The notes under the pieces were generated by a model. That model ran no database searches and was not told the DNA's origin. It saw only the letters and a program-made list of their open reading frames with translations. Positions 10,273-21,917 of a DNA stretch of 30,171 nucleotides are shown here, piece after piece. Position 1 is the stretch's first letter; every line of letters starts with the position of its first letter. The stretch lies in contig NIVC01004317.1 in NCBI GenBank assembly GCA_002269645.1, positions 1-30,171 of the forward strand, given 5' to 3'. A program made the translations under genes and the position numbers. The stretch comes from Macrostomum lignano (taxonomy: Eukaryota).

Positions 10273-12266
10273 GTGTCTCAGTGTCTCAGTGTCTCAGTGT
10301 CTCAGTGTCTCAGAGTCTCAGTGTCTCAGTGTCTCTGTGTCTCATTGTCTCATTGTCTCATTGTCTCATTGTCTCATTGTCTCATTGTCTCACAGTCTCA
10401 GTGTCTCAGTGTCTCAGTGTCTCAGTGTCTCAGTGTCGGAGTGTCTCAGTGTCTCAGTGTCTCATCGTCTCATTGTCTCAGTGTCTCACAGTCTCAGTGT
10501 CTCAGTGTCTCAGTGTCTCAGTGTCTCAGTGTCGGAGTGTCTCAGTGTCTCAGTGTCTCATCGTCTCATTGTCTCATTGTCTCACAGTCTCAGTGTCTCA
10601 GTGTCTCATTGTCTCATTGTCTCATTGTCTCATTGTCTCATTGTCTCACAGTCTCAGTGTCTCAGTGTCTCACTGTCTCAGTGTCTCAGTGTCTCAGTGT
10701 CTCAGTGTCTCAGTGTCTCAGTGTCTCAGTGTCTCAGTGTCTCACTGTCTCAGTGTCTCAGTGTCTCAGTGTCTGAGTGTCTGAGTGTCTCAGTGTCTCA
10801 GTGTCTGAGTGTCTCAGTGTCTCAGTGTCTCAGTGTCTCAGTGTCTCAGTGTCTCAGTGTCTGAGTGTCTCAGTGTCTCAGTGTCTCAGTGTCTCAGTGT
10901 CTCAGTGTCTCAGTGTCTCAGTGTCTCAGTGTCAGAGTGTCTCAGTGTCTCAGTGTCTCATCGTCTCATTGTCTCATTGTCTCACAGTCTCAGTGTCTCA
11001 GTGTCTCAGTGTCTCATTGTCTCATTGTCTCATTGTCTCACAGTCTCAGTGTCTCAGTGTCTCACTGTCTCAGTGTCTCACTGTCTCAGTGTCTCAGTGT
11101 TTCAGTGTCTCAGTGTCTCAGTGTCTCAGTGTCTCATCGTCTCATTGTCTCATTGTCTCACAGTCTCAGTGTCTCAGTGTCTCGCAGTCTCAGTGTCTCA
11201 GTGTCTCAGTGTCTCACTGTCTCAGTGTCTCAGTGTCTGAGTGTCTCAGTGTCTCAGTGTCTCAGTGTCTCAGTGTCTCACTGTCTCAGTGTCTCAGTGT
11301 CTGAGTGTCTCACTGTCTCACTGTCTCAGTGTCTGAGTGTCTCACTGTCTCAGTGTCTCAGTGTCTCAGTGTCTCACTGTCTCAGTGTCTCAGTGTCTGA
11401 GTGTCTCACTGTCTCACTGTCTCAGTGTCTGAGTGTCTCACTGTCTCACTGTCTCAGTGTCTGAGTGTCTCACTGTCTCAGTGTCTCAGTGTCTCAGTAT
11501 CTCAGTGTCTCAGTGTCTGAGTGTCTCACTGTCTCACTGTCTCAGTGTCTGAGTGTCTCACTGTCTCAGTGTCTCAGTGTCTCAGTGTCTCAGTGTCTCA
11601 GTGTCTCAGTGTCTCAGTGTCTCAGTGTCGTGTCTCAGTGTCTCAGTGTCTCATCGTCTCATTGTCTCATTGTCTCACAGTCTCAGTGTCTCAGTGTCTC
11701 ACAGTCTCAGTGTCTCAGTGTCTGAGTGTCTCAGTGTCTCAGAGTCTCAGTGTCTCAGTGTCTCTGTGTCTCAGTGTCTCAGTGTCTCAGTGTCTCAGTG
11801 TCTCAGTGTCTCAGTGTCTCAGTGTCTCAGTGTCTCAGTGTCTCAGTGTCTCAGTGTCTCAGTGTCTCAGTGTCTCAGTGTCTCAGTGTCTCAGTGTCTC
11901 AGTGTCTCAGTGTGTCTCAGTGTCTCATGTCTCATGTCTCAGTCTCAGTGTCTCAGTGTCTCACAGTCTCAGTGTCTCAGTGTCTCAGTGTCTGAGTGTC
12001 TGAGTGTCTCAGTGTCTCAGTGTCTCAGTGTCTCAGTGTCGGAGTGTCTCACAGTCTCAGTGTCTCAGTGTCTCAGTGTCTCAGTGTCTCAGTGTCTCAG
12101 TGTCTCAGTGTCTGAGTGTCTCAGTGTCTCAGTGTCTCAGTGTCTCAGTGTCTGAGTGTCTCACTGTCTCAGTGTCTCAGTGTCTCAGTGTCTGAGTGTC
12201 TCAGTGTCTCAGTGTATCAGTGTCTCAGTGTCTCAGTGTCTCAGTGTCTCAGTGTCGGAGTGTCTC
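10273..12266 (+). repeat. 8-bp minisatellite (TGTCTCAG)n with interspersed variant units (copy B)
   Basis: About 250 units, with variants TCATTGTC, TCACAGTC, TCACTGTC, TGAGTGTC, GGAGTGTC and TCATCGTC. Confidence 0.97.
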
Positions 12267-12788
12267 TTTAGAAAGTCTGCATCAAGTCAGGTGGAACCTG
12301 CAGTGAAAGTGTTGCAAGGTCAGCTCACTCATTCACTGTTTATCTTTTTCACAACAGGTCATGCTCCCGTGATTGGACAACTGCAAGCGCCTATAAAAAT
12401 GCCAATGAGGAATCACTGCATGTTTAAGCACCGGGCTCGTAGCTTTTCTGCTGAGGGACATGCGACACTGTCAGGATACCTTTTTGTTTTTAGACCCTGG
12501 TCTAATCTCCTTTGCTCTTCATAAACAGCTGTATTATACAGTTAGGCTTCTGTAAGCATTAAATCAATGTGCTTCTTCTGTAGCAGGATTGCAAATTCTC
12601 ATCACAGGTATGTAACTATATTTAGCAATTAGTCTTATCTGCAGATTTAAGATAGGGAAACTGATCACATTTAAGTTGTAAGTGCTGTTTGACAATTCAA
12701 ATATACAGTAGCTAAGAGCACCTGCCAATCACTGTGCAAGCAGTGAGCATTCTGTGACGTCTTGCAAGCACGAGGTTTCTCATTGTTT

Positions 12789-12794
12789 AATAAA
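12789..12794 (+). terminator. Candidate polyadenylation signal AATAAA for the WSC gene (also 22440-22445)
   Basis: Canonical hexamer downstream of the 8-mer array on the WSC sense strand. Its position is the only support. Confidence 0.3.
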
Positions 12795-12867
12795 TGCTTT
12801 ATCATGGATTATAAAATATTGAACGAGTGTCTGCGGTACCAAAATGAGTGTCCGCGGCAAGCGCGAA

Positions 12868-13055
12868 AATGAGTGTCTGTGGCGCTAAAGTGAGTGTCTG
12901 TGGCGCTAAAGTGAGTGTCTGTGGCGCTAAAGTGAGTGTCTGTGGCGCTAAAGTGAGTGTCTGTGGCGCTAAAGTGAGTGTCTGTGGCGCTAAAGTGAGT
13001 GTCTGTGGCGCTAAATTGAGTGTCTGTGGCGCTAAAGTGAGTGTCTGGCGCTAAA
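12868..13055 (-). repeat. 21-bp minisatellite, 8 core units plus degenerate flank to ~13330 (copy B)
   Basis: 126 bp (6 units) shorter than A and C. Confidence 0.95.
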
Positions 13056-13763
13056 GTGAGTGTCTGCGGCACCAAAATAAGTGCCCTCGGCACCAAAATG
13101 AGTGTCTCTGGCATTAAAACGAGAGTCTTCGGCGCTAAAATGAATGTCTGTGGCGCCAAAATGAGTGTCCGTAGCGCCAATATGAGTGTCTGTGGTGCTA
13201 AACTAAGTGCCATTGACACCAAAATGCGCGACTGCACAACAAAATGAGTGCCTGCTGCGCTGAAATGAGTGGCTGTGGCGCCAAAATAAGTATCTGTGGC
13301 ACTAAATGAGTCTGCGGCGCCAAGTGAGCGGTGACAACACCGATGCTGAACATAATGTGCATGTACATGTTGAATTCTTGGCTTTGTCCCTCTACCATAA
13401 AATCCATGGCGACGCCTCTTCTCGCTAACTGAAGCTACCCGGTATAGCTGGTCGCGAGTTATAGCAGTTATAACGCCAAAAATATGGATTTTTGGATCAA
13501 GTTATTTTCCTAAGTACATATTTTAGCCAGGCTCTTAAAAAGCTGTTTCTTCAGTAGTAGCTATTAAAAATTTCTAAAAAGTTCAACTTTTTGGAAGTCA
13601 AATAAACAAGTCTTTAGTACGCGAATAGCTCATAGCTGGAAACCTTTATGAGTTTTTATATTTTAATATCATTTTTTTGATTTTCTTTCTGCCGACAATT
13701 TGATAAACTGAGTAGGTAAATACTTGTACAATATATTATTAAATGAATACATAGGATGGAACA

Positions 13764-13908
13764 CTATAGGTGAGTGTCCATAGGATGAGTGTCCATATGG
13801 TGAGTGTCCGTAGGGTGAGTGTCCATAATTTGAGCGTCCGTAGAGTGTCCATAATTTGAGTGTCCGTAGGGTGAGTGTCCATAGGGTGAGTGTCTATAGG
13901 GTGTGTCC
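13764..13908 (-). repeat. Degenerate ~15-bp repeat (copy B)
   Basis: Reads as RTAGGGTGAGTGTCC-type units on the + strand. Confidence 0.85.
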
Positions 13909-14791
13909 ACATGTCAGATTTACGCCTATAAACTGACAAAATTCGTATTATTTCCTTTCTTCTCCGTGTATTTTTGCGTTTGGTGTGGCCCCCAATTGGG
14001 TCGTTTTACCTTGTGCTTGTTGTGCGCGTATTTAGAGCGGTCCGTACAGTATAATAGTTTCACGATCGATATTTTAGGCCTCTCCGTGCGCGTGCCACAC
14101 GAAGAGGTCCAGTTTTGTTACCTTTAAATTTAAGCCTGGTCTTTCACTGCCCGCCTGTTGCTAAATATAGCCTCTGCCAAGAGTTAGCTCATTCTTCGTT
14201 ACTTGTCGTCCTATCAGCACTTGGCCAATTTGGGAGTAGAGCGTGGTTAAGAACCTGCCAACCAGCCCGTCTTAAAAGATTCACCACAACGATCTTCACA
14301 GCAGAGAGTGACTACCACTACGAAAACTATCTTCATCGACGACTCTATATTATCTGCGCAAATGTCTCTCGCCAGATGCACAGCTCCGAACTCTTCCGAT
14401 GCACTGCCTGCTGCGTCATCTCCGCCGTCCCTGTCTAGACTCCGCCTTTATGCCTGCTGGCACCGTCTCCAAGGCCCTCTTTCAGCACCTACTGCGAGCC
14501 CAGGAAGACTCGATGTGCTAACATCGAATTCCGCAGCCATCTCTGCTATGATACCAATCGAAGGCCGCGGCTCCCTGTGTGACCAGATGCATCGCCAGGG
14601 TCTGATCCCCTAGGATGGTCCTCGCAGCCGCACTTTTCCTCGAGGAGGTCTGCTTGAAGATGACTCTGCACAGTCCGCCACAGAAGCCTTCCACGCCGTC
14701 AGTGGGAACAGCAATCAGCGTGGCCAATTGAGGGAAACCAGCAATCGCCTTTCCACCTCAGTGGCCCGTCACCACTCCTTCAGCCGGAGCA

Positions 14792-16259
14792 ATGGCTCTT
14801 CCTGCTGCTCAGGCCGCTGCACCGATCTCTGCCGCCTCTCCTGCTACACCCGGCGTGACCAGCCCTCCTCGCCTCCATGACCGCGATGATGCAGCAGAAC
14901 CAGCAGCCCATGCAACAGCTCGCTACCACCATCCGTCCTGCCTCGACACCAGTTGCCTCAACGCCCGCATCAGATGCTCACGATCCGGCCGGGCTCATCC
15001 GCTCCACCATTCTCAAGAACGCATTGCCCGACCCTGCTGCAATTCTGGGCTTCTGGGACGCTTTCGTATACCGCGTCGACCGCTCCAGCCTTAACGACGT
15101 CGACAAATACGAGGCACTCCGCTGTCTGCTCTCCGGCTCCGCTCTCAAGAAGCTCGGTGCTTTCGACGGCTACCAGCCGAACGACTACGCTGAGGCCTGC
15201 CGTGTCCTCCAGGCCAACTACTCCAACACGTAGGAGCAAAAGAACGCCTCCTTCCAGCGTCTCCTCGCCCTTCACTGCAGTTCTGCTTCCAACTTTGGTG
15301 AGCTCGAGGAATTCACGGATGCCCTCCGCCTGGCCACTGGCCAGCTTCTTCGACTCGGCGAGCTTGCCTGCACCCTCGACAGCGACGTCTACGCGCTCTG
15401 GAGCCGCCTGCCGCTTGAATTACAAAGCGAGATCCGCAATCTTCGCGCTTCTAACAGGTAGCCTCTCATGCCCATCATGGCAGAGCTCCAGGACCATCTT
15501 GACTGCAAGCTTAAGACCCTCAGAGCCGCCTCAGCACAGTGCCAGCTGCGCATTTGCCTCCGCCAGTCTTCCGAGCAACGCTGCGTCCCGGCCACCATCC
15601 ACTCGCAGCACAAGCGCCCACCGACCGCCAGCAGCTCCGACCACATCGCCATGTCCTGCAGCGAGGTGCGGAAGCCCCATGATCGCCTCAAGATTGTCCG
15701 AAAGAAAAATCTCTGCCGCAACTGCCTCCGCCGACACCACACTCGAGACTGCCGTGACACCCGACGATGCCACGAGTGCGATGGGCTGCACCACACTAAT
15801 CTCCAGAAGCCACCTTTGCGAGTTCCAATCAACGTTCGTCGATTCCTCGTTCAAACGCCCACCTTAACGCTGCCGTTGGAAATGCAAACTCCAATGGAAC
15901 AGTCCACTCTCTCGTCTCTGCCTTAGCGAACGGAGGCCTCGTTCCGACCATCATGGCGACCCTCCGCCCCAATGGCCGTCAACCCAAAGGACTCTCACGC
16001 CTACTCTCTACTCTCGCTCGCAAGCTTGGTCTCAAGGCCGCCAGGAAGCTTACGATTGCAGCCTCTACCTTCATGCAGAGTCCAGGCGCCCTGTCACCGC
16101 GGATCTTGTAAGCTTCGACCTCCAGACTCCGGATGGCCGGCGCTGGCCAATCACCGCCCTCGCATGGCGGCTCCGATCTACATGCCCGCCGTCGATGTCC
16201 CAAAGGACGTCCTCAACACCCCCAAGACTCCATTGTTCTATGGCCCACCCGAGTCTTAA
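14792..16259 (+). mobile_element. Degenerate BEL/Pao LTR retrotransposon gag (DUF1759-like + Zn knuckles) and protease remnant (copy B)
   Basis: FWDAFVYRVDRSSLNDVDKYEALRCLLSGSALKKL...YAEACRVLQANY is Pao gag-like. RLKIVRKKNLCRNCLRRHHTRDC..RRCHECDGLHHTNL matches BEL knuckles. 14877-15926 is one frame broken by TAG stops at 15231 and 15459. LARKLGLKAARKLTIAASTF (~16013-16072) resembles the BEL aspartic-protease region. No RT, integrase or LTR pair is seen, and the boundaries are approximate. Confidence 0.8.
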
Positions 16260-16755
16260 TGATTGTCCAAAAAACGCCATTATTTCAGACTTCCAAAGCG
16301 AATTTCAACCATAGACAAAACTTGCTGAATAATCAGTTAACAGTTTATTTAACAAAAATGACGATAGATACACTAGGCAATTGAGAATGGCATAAATAGA
16401 TATGAAATATGCGTACAGGTACAACAAACAATGATATAATAAAGCAAACTATGCGTAAATTTTGTATTTTGAAATAAATTTGATTAAAGGAGGGTGTGAT
16501 TAAAGTGATTGGGAGATTGTGACTACTAGAATTTGGAGAGTGGGATTCCTAGTAGTAGGAGATTTGGATTCCTAGCATTGGAAGATTGGGATTTCTAACA
16601 TTATTAGAAGATTAAGATTTTAAGAAATTAGAAGATTCGGATCGGGATTAAGCATTGACAAACAAATCATGCAAAAGAAAAAAGGGTCTCAAAAGCAAAC
16701 TTTGTCACTGTCCAAATACGAAGTGTCTATTAATCTGATGTCGAAGCCTAACTTA

Positions 16756-18091
16756 TTATAAATTAAAAGTACAATTAGAAAAGCTACAGTTGGCAAACAT
16801 CGGCTTACGCACTGCTGTACTCACATCCAATTGTTGTTGCGCTACTGAAACGGCCACTGTGCTACCGGCTGGTGAAGTAATAAACGAAGTACCTGCTAAA
16901 TTGTTGAATGGTGTAGTCAACGAACTATCCAGCGTGCTGTCACTTGCAGCTGACAGACTTTTCACATCCGTAGCTTCACTACGTTGTCCGGTAACGGCCA
17001 TTATCTCGTCCATGCTGTGACCGCTGACAAATAGGTCCGAGATGCGCGTGACGCGAATGCAATGGTTCGTGTATCGCTGCGAAAGCGAACACACTTCACT
17101 GAGATGTCCCATGAATGAGCACAACCAGTTGACGCCACGCACTTGGCGACTAGAAAACCTCAAGACTCCATTAGAAGCATTAGCGAGTGGTCGTGGAAAG
17201 AAATTGTCTCCTTCTGGCAACAATAACTGGTAGTGAAGAATAAGATCTCTCTCAGCTCCATAGATGCGACTCTGCTTTGCAACGTTGCCCTTGCACTTGG
17301 TCGGATCCGAAGACTGGTTTTTAGTTGGCAAAGGCGGAAGCTTCAGGTAGCTGTGCCCATCCGTGCCCCACGTTTTCGAATCGACTCCAAATGCTCCTGG
17401 CCTCTCTCCTAGAGTATAGAAAATGACAAAAACTACCTCATCTTGAAGTTCTTCTGCGGTCGATCTGTCAAAATGCTGCCTGATTTTTCGAAGGTCTCCG
17501 TCCTCAATAGGCTGAAACTGTTGAACAACTCCTGCACCCTCAACGCTGAAATGACGAACTTTCACTCGAAGCATTCTGTTCGCCGCTTCAAACTCTGGCC
17601 CATTCATAATGTCTGTCTGCATCTTTGAGTATCTTTCTTTGGTAACGCTGCACACTAGCTCGAATGCATACAAGGGTAGCAGGCGAATACAGACTTCCAT
17701 CAGATTTCTTTAGTCCAAAATAATAGAAACGAAGATACTCTCCTAGCTTCTCGTTAGTCATGCTTTGTACTTCTTTGGTCGTATGCTTGCGCATGAAGGC
17801 AATGAATCGACTTCCCTGTTGCATCATTTGTTCTTGGGTGGAGCGCGGTAGCGAGTCTAACTCGCCTTGGTCCATGTCGGCAGCCACAGACTCAGGTAAT
17901 TCTGGCAATTTGACTCCGGAAACATCATCTTCCGAGTTAGCCTGCAGATCCGTGAGGAAGCCAATAATATTCTGCAGATCGGTGTCGCCATGGTGATCAG
18001 TATAACTTAGCGCAGTAATAAAGCTCAGTTCACTGTCGCTAACTCCATCTAACGATTCGCAGGGAAGATGTTTCCAATTGATCAAAGCCAT
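16756..18091 (-). pseudogene. Crypton/DUF3504-type tyrosine recombinase relic (copy B)
   Basis: Translation and frameshift identical to copy A. Confidence 0.8.
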
Positions 18092-18540
18092 TTTAAGACG
18101 AGCGTGAAAATCCTCTGGTCTTGCCTTAGAAAACAGACCCTTTAAAGAGCCTTTAGTAAAGGAAAATCATACTACACAATCTACCATTAAACCACTGTTA
18201 GACTGCAGTGTTTAACAACACGCTCACTACGACGACGCTCATTAAAAAGCTGGTAAATTTGAGAACGGGTTCCCCTTGCACTCCAATAAAAGTGCACGGC
18301 TCCGCATGCCCATATAGCTGGTGTTAGCCATAGACAATCGCGGCCCTCAGACGCTGCCAGTGAGACAGGAATCGCTTTGTACAGAACTGTCTGTGGCTGC
18401 AGCTCAGCAGCTGAGAGGCTCGCAATCGTTTTTTCACCCTCGGAGCGAAGGTCCACTTAACAGAAGAGTTTACTGTAAGTCGAATTCGACATCTCAAGCT
18501 TTGAGTACAAAGGGATTCTGCTGCTTTTTCTGCATTGGAA

Positions 18541-19909
18541 ATGTCTGTCAGACGTCTGCTGCTTCTGAGCTGTCTTGCTGCAACACTGCTCTGCGGGCTG
18601 GGCTGCTCATCTGCCAAGAAAAGTAAGTCAATTCGATTCAACTCGAATCCACCGCCTGTCTGCTTACTCCATGTTAACTCCCCGCATTGCCCACACCTGC
18701 TCCAACTCACACGGCCTGCCGCCTGACCCAAGATAAATTCCCATTGTGTTCTTATAACCTAATTGCCCCATTTATTCGACCTCTCATCTCCCCGTCTTTC
18801 CAGCCCCTCTGCAGCCCCTCTGCAGCCCCTCTGCAGCCCCTCTGCAGCCCCTCTGCAGCCCCTCTGCAGCCCCTCTGCAGCCCCTCTGCAGCCCCTCTGC
18901 AGCTCCTCTGCAGCCCCTCTGCAGCCCCTCTGCAGCCCCTCTGCAGCCCCTCTGCAGCCCCTCTGCAGCCCCTCTGCAGCCCCTCTGCAGCCCCTCTGCA
19001 GCCCCTCTGCAGCCACTCTGCAGCCACTCTGCAGCCCCTCTGCAGCTCCTCTGCAGCCCCTCTGCAGCCCCTCTGCAGCCCCTCTGCAGCCCCTCTGCAG
19101 CCCCTCTGCAGCCCCTCTGCAGCCCCTCTGCAGCCCCTCTGCAGCCCCTCTGCAGCCCCTCTGCAGCCCCTCTGCAGCCCTCTGCAGCCCCTCTGCAGCC
19201 CCTCTGCAGCCCCTCTGCAGCCCCTCTGCAGCCCCTCTGCAGCCCCTCTGCAGCCCCTCTGCAGCCCCTCTGCAGCCCCTCTGCAGCCCCTCTGCAGCCC
19301 CTCTGCAGCCCCTCTGCAGCCCCTCTGCATGCAGTCACTTCAGCAAGAACCGCTCGTCAAATTTCAGAGAAAGAAGAGAGAGCTTCACCACTATCTCTTT
19401 ACTCCAAACGTAAGTGAACGATTTTTCATAATTTTCATTGACTACTCTGTCCATAGCAACAGTGGGGTGCCTCCTTTCTTTTTGTCTCGCATCTCACTGC
19501 CCCACCATCTCTCTGTGTCACTGCTTCGCTGTCTCACTAAACCATGCATAACTGTTGTCAATGAGACTTTGTGCTCAAATTTTTTTCTTGCTATTAATTC
19601 TTTTTTACAGCGAAATATGTTGGCTGCTTTTACGGGCACGGCAAGTTCCTAAGAGAGGGCCAAAAGTCTAAGGACATGACGGTCGAGCACTGCGCTTATC
19701 TGTGCACAGCATATGTAAGGGACAAAACTGCATTCGGCTTAAGTAAAGGAGAATACTGTTACTGTAGAGACACTAAACTGCTTAACCGAGGGACAAAAAT
19801 GGATGATCACTATTGCAATCGCCGTTGTGGAGGAAGCTACACACAGACCTGTGGAGCCGACAACGACTCATTCGCCTCTGTGTACACCTATCACCGATTG
19901 CAGGACTGA
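18541..19909 (+). CDS. Spliced secreted WSC-domain protein gene (copy C); exons 18541-18622 and 19611-19909, optional 19335-19409
   Basis: Same exons, splice sites and translation as copy B. Confidence 0.85.
18804..19329 (+). repeat. 11-bp minisatellite (CCCCTCTGCAG)n, ~47 units (copy C)
   Basis: Read directly from the sequence. Includes one 10-nt unit plus CCACT and CTCCT variants. Confidence 0.97.
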
Positions 19910-19974
19910 GTTTCCGCAAGCCAAGTGAGTGGCCTTTTTATACTTGTAGACCCATTAGTCTCGGTCTCAGCACT

Positions 19975-21917
19975 GTGTCTCAGTGTCTCAGTGTCTCAGT
20001 GTCTCAGTGTCTCAGAGTCTCAGTGTCTCAGTGTCTCTGTGTCTCATTGTCTCATTGTCTCATTGTCTCATTGTCTCACAGTCTCAGTGTCTCAGTGTCT
20101 CACAGTCTCAGTGTCTCAGTGTCTCAGTGTCTCAGTGTCTCAGTGTCGGAGTGTCTCAGTGTCTCAGTGTCTCATCGTCTCATTGTCTCATTGTCTCACA
20201 GTCTCAGTGTCTCAGTGTCTCATTGTCTCATTGTCTCATTGTCTCATTGTCTCATTGTCTCACAGTCTCAGTGTCTCAGTGTCTCCCTGTCTCAGTGTCT
20301 CAGTGTCTCAGTGTCTCAGTGTCTCAGTGTCTCAGTGTCTCAGTGTCTCACTGTCTCAGTGTCTCAGTGTCTCAGTGTCTGAGTGTCTTAGTGTCTCAGT
20401 GTCTCAGTGTCTGAGTGTCTCAGTGTCTCAGTGTCTCAGTGTCTCAGTGTCTCAGTGTCTCAGTGTCTGAGTGTCTCAGTGTCTCAGTGTCTCAGTGTCT
20501 CAGTGTCTCAGTGTCTCAGTGTCTCAGTGTCTCAGTGTCGGAGTGTCTCAGTGTCTCAGTGTCTCATCGTCTCATTGTCTCATTGTCTCACAGTCTCAGT
20601 GTCTCAGTGTCTCAGTGTCTCATTGTCTCATTGTCTCATTGTCTCACAGTCTCAGTGTCTCAGTGTCTCACTGTCTCAGTGTCTCACTGTCTCAGTGTCT
20701 CAGTGTTTCAGTGTCTCAGTGTCTCAGTGTCTCAGTGTCTCATCGTCTCATTGTCTCATTGTCTCACAGTCTCAGTGTCTCAGTGTCTCGCAGTCTCAGT
20801 GTCTCAGTGTCTCAGTGTCTCACTGTCTCAGTGTCTCAGTGTCTGAGTGTCTCAGTGTCTCAGTGTCTCAGTGTCTCAGTGTCTCACTGTCTCAGTGTCT
20901 CAGTGTCTGAGTGTCTCACTGTCTCACTGTCTCAGTGTCTGAGTGTCTCACTGTCTCACTGTCTCAGTGTCTGAGTGTCTCACTGTCTCAGTGTCTCAGT
21001 GTCTCAGTATCTCAGTGTCTCAGTGTCTGAGTGTCTTAGTGTCTCAGTGTCTCAGTGTCTGAGTGTCTCAGTGTCTCAGTGTCTCAGTGTCTCAGTGTCT
21101 CAGTGTCTCAGTGTCTCAGTGTCTCAGTGTCTCAGTGTCGGAGTGTCTCAGTGTCTCAGTGTCTCATCGTCTCATTGTCTCATTGTCTCACAGTCTCAGT
21201 GTCTCAGTGTCTCACAGTCTCAGTGTCTCAGTGTCTGAGTGTCTCAGTGTCTCAGAGTCTCAGTGTCTCAGTGTCTCTGTGTCTCATTGTCTCATTGTCT
21301 CATTGTCTCATTGTCTCACAGTCTCAGTGTCTCAGTGTCTCACAGTCTCAGTGTCTCAGTGTCTGAGTGTCTCAGTGTCTCAGTGTCTCAGTGTCTCAGT
21401 GTCGGAGTGTCTCAGTGTCTCAGTGTCGGAGTGTCTCAGTGTCTCAGTGTCTCAGTGTCTCAGTGTCTCAGTGTCTCAGTGTCTCAGTGTCTCAGTGTCT
21501 CAGTGTCTCAGTGTCTCAGAGTCTCAGTGTCTCAGTGTCTCTGTGTCTCATTGTCTCATTGTCTCATTGTCTCATTGTCTCATTGTCTCACAGTCTCAGT
21601 GTCTCAGTGTCTCACAGTCTCAGTGTCTCGGTGTCTCAGTGTCTGAGTGTCTGAGTGTCTCAGTGTCTCAGTGTCTCAGTGTCTCAGTGTCGGAGTGTCT
21701 CACAGTCTCAGTGTCTCAGTGTCGGAGTGTCTCAGTGTCTCAGTGTCTCAGTGTCTCAGTGTCTGAGTGTCTCAGTGTCTCAGTGTCTCTGTGTCTCAGT
21801 GTCTGAGTGTCTCACTGTCTCAGTGTCTCAGTGTCTCAGTGTCTGAGTGTCTCAGTGTCTCAGTGTATCAGTGTCTCAGTGTCTCAGTGTCTCAGTGTCT
21901 CAGTGTCGGAGTGTCTC
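19975..21917 (+). repeat. 8-bp minisatellite (TGTCTCAG)n with variant units (copy C)
   Basis: As in copy B, but with a different arrangement of variant blocks. Confidence 0.97.

Larger units (their letters stand above)
8690..18271 (+). repeat. Tandem unit copy B (9582 bp)
   Basis: Sequence from CCCCTTGCACTCC at 8690 recurs at 18272. The ORF at 8953 recurs at 18535 (offset 9582). Confidence 0.97.

Noticed and set aside
10273-12266. Resemblance of 8-mer variants (CACAGTC, CACTGTC) to the RAG RSS heptamer CACAGTG
   Set aside because: They are not exact heptamers and have no nonamer at 12/23 spacing.
10111-12524. Many (SVSQCLSV)n ORFs in the 8-mer arrays
   Set aside because: They are repeat translations broken by TGA at TGAG variant units and differ between copies.
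13330-14300. Possible MITE, LTR or primer-binding site upstream of the Pao relic
   Set aside because: I could not identify TIRs, a paired LTR, a TSD or a convincing tRNA-complementary PBS by eye.
14953-15867. 304-aa Ser/Pro/Thr-rich ORF and antisense ORFs over the Pao region (also 4421-5335, 24730-25644)
   Set aside because: They are alternative-frame shadows of the GC-rich gag relic with no recognisable motifs.
16483-16650. Degenerate GATT/GGATT-rich low-complexity patch 3' of the recombinase (also ~3640-3805, ~26260-26425)
   Set aside because: No regular period or clear terminal repeat could be defined, and it is not a telomeric repeat.
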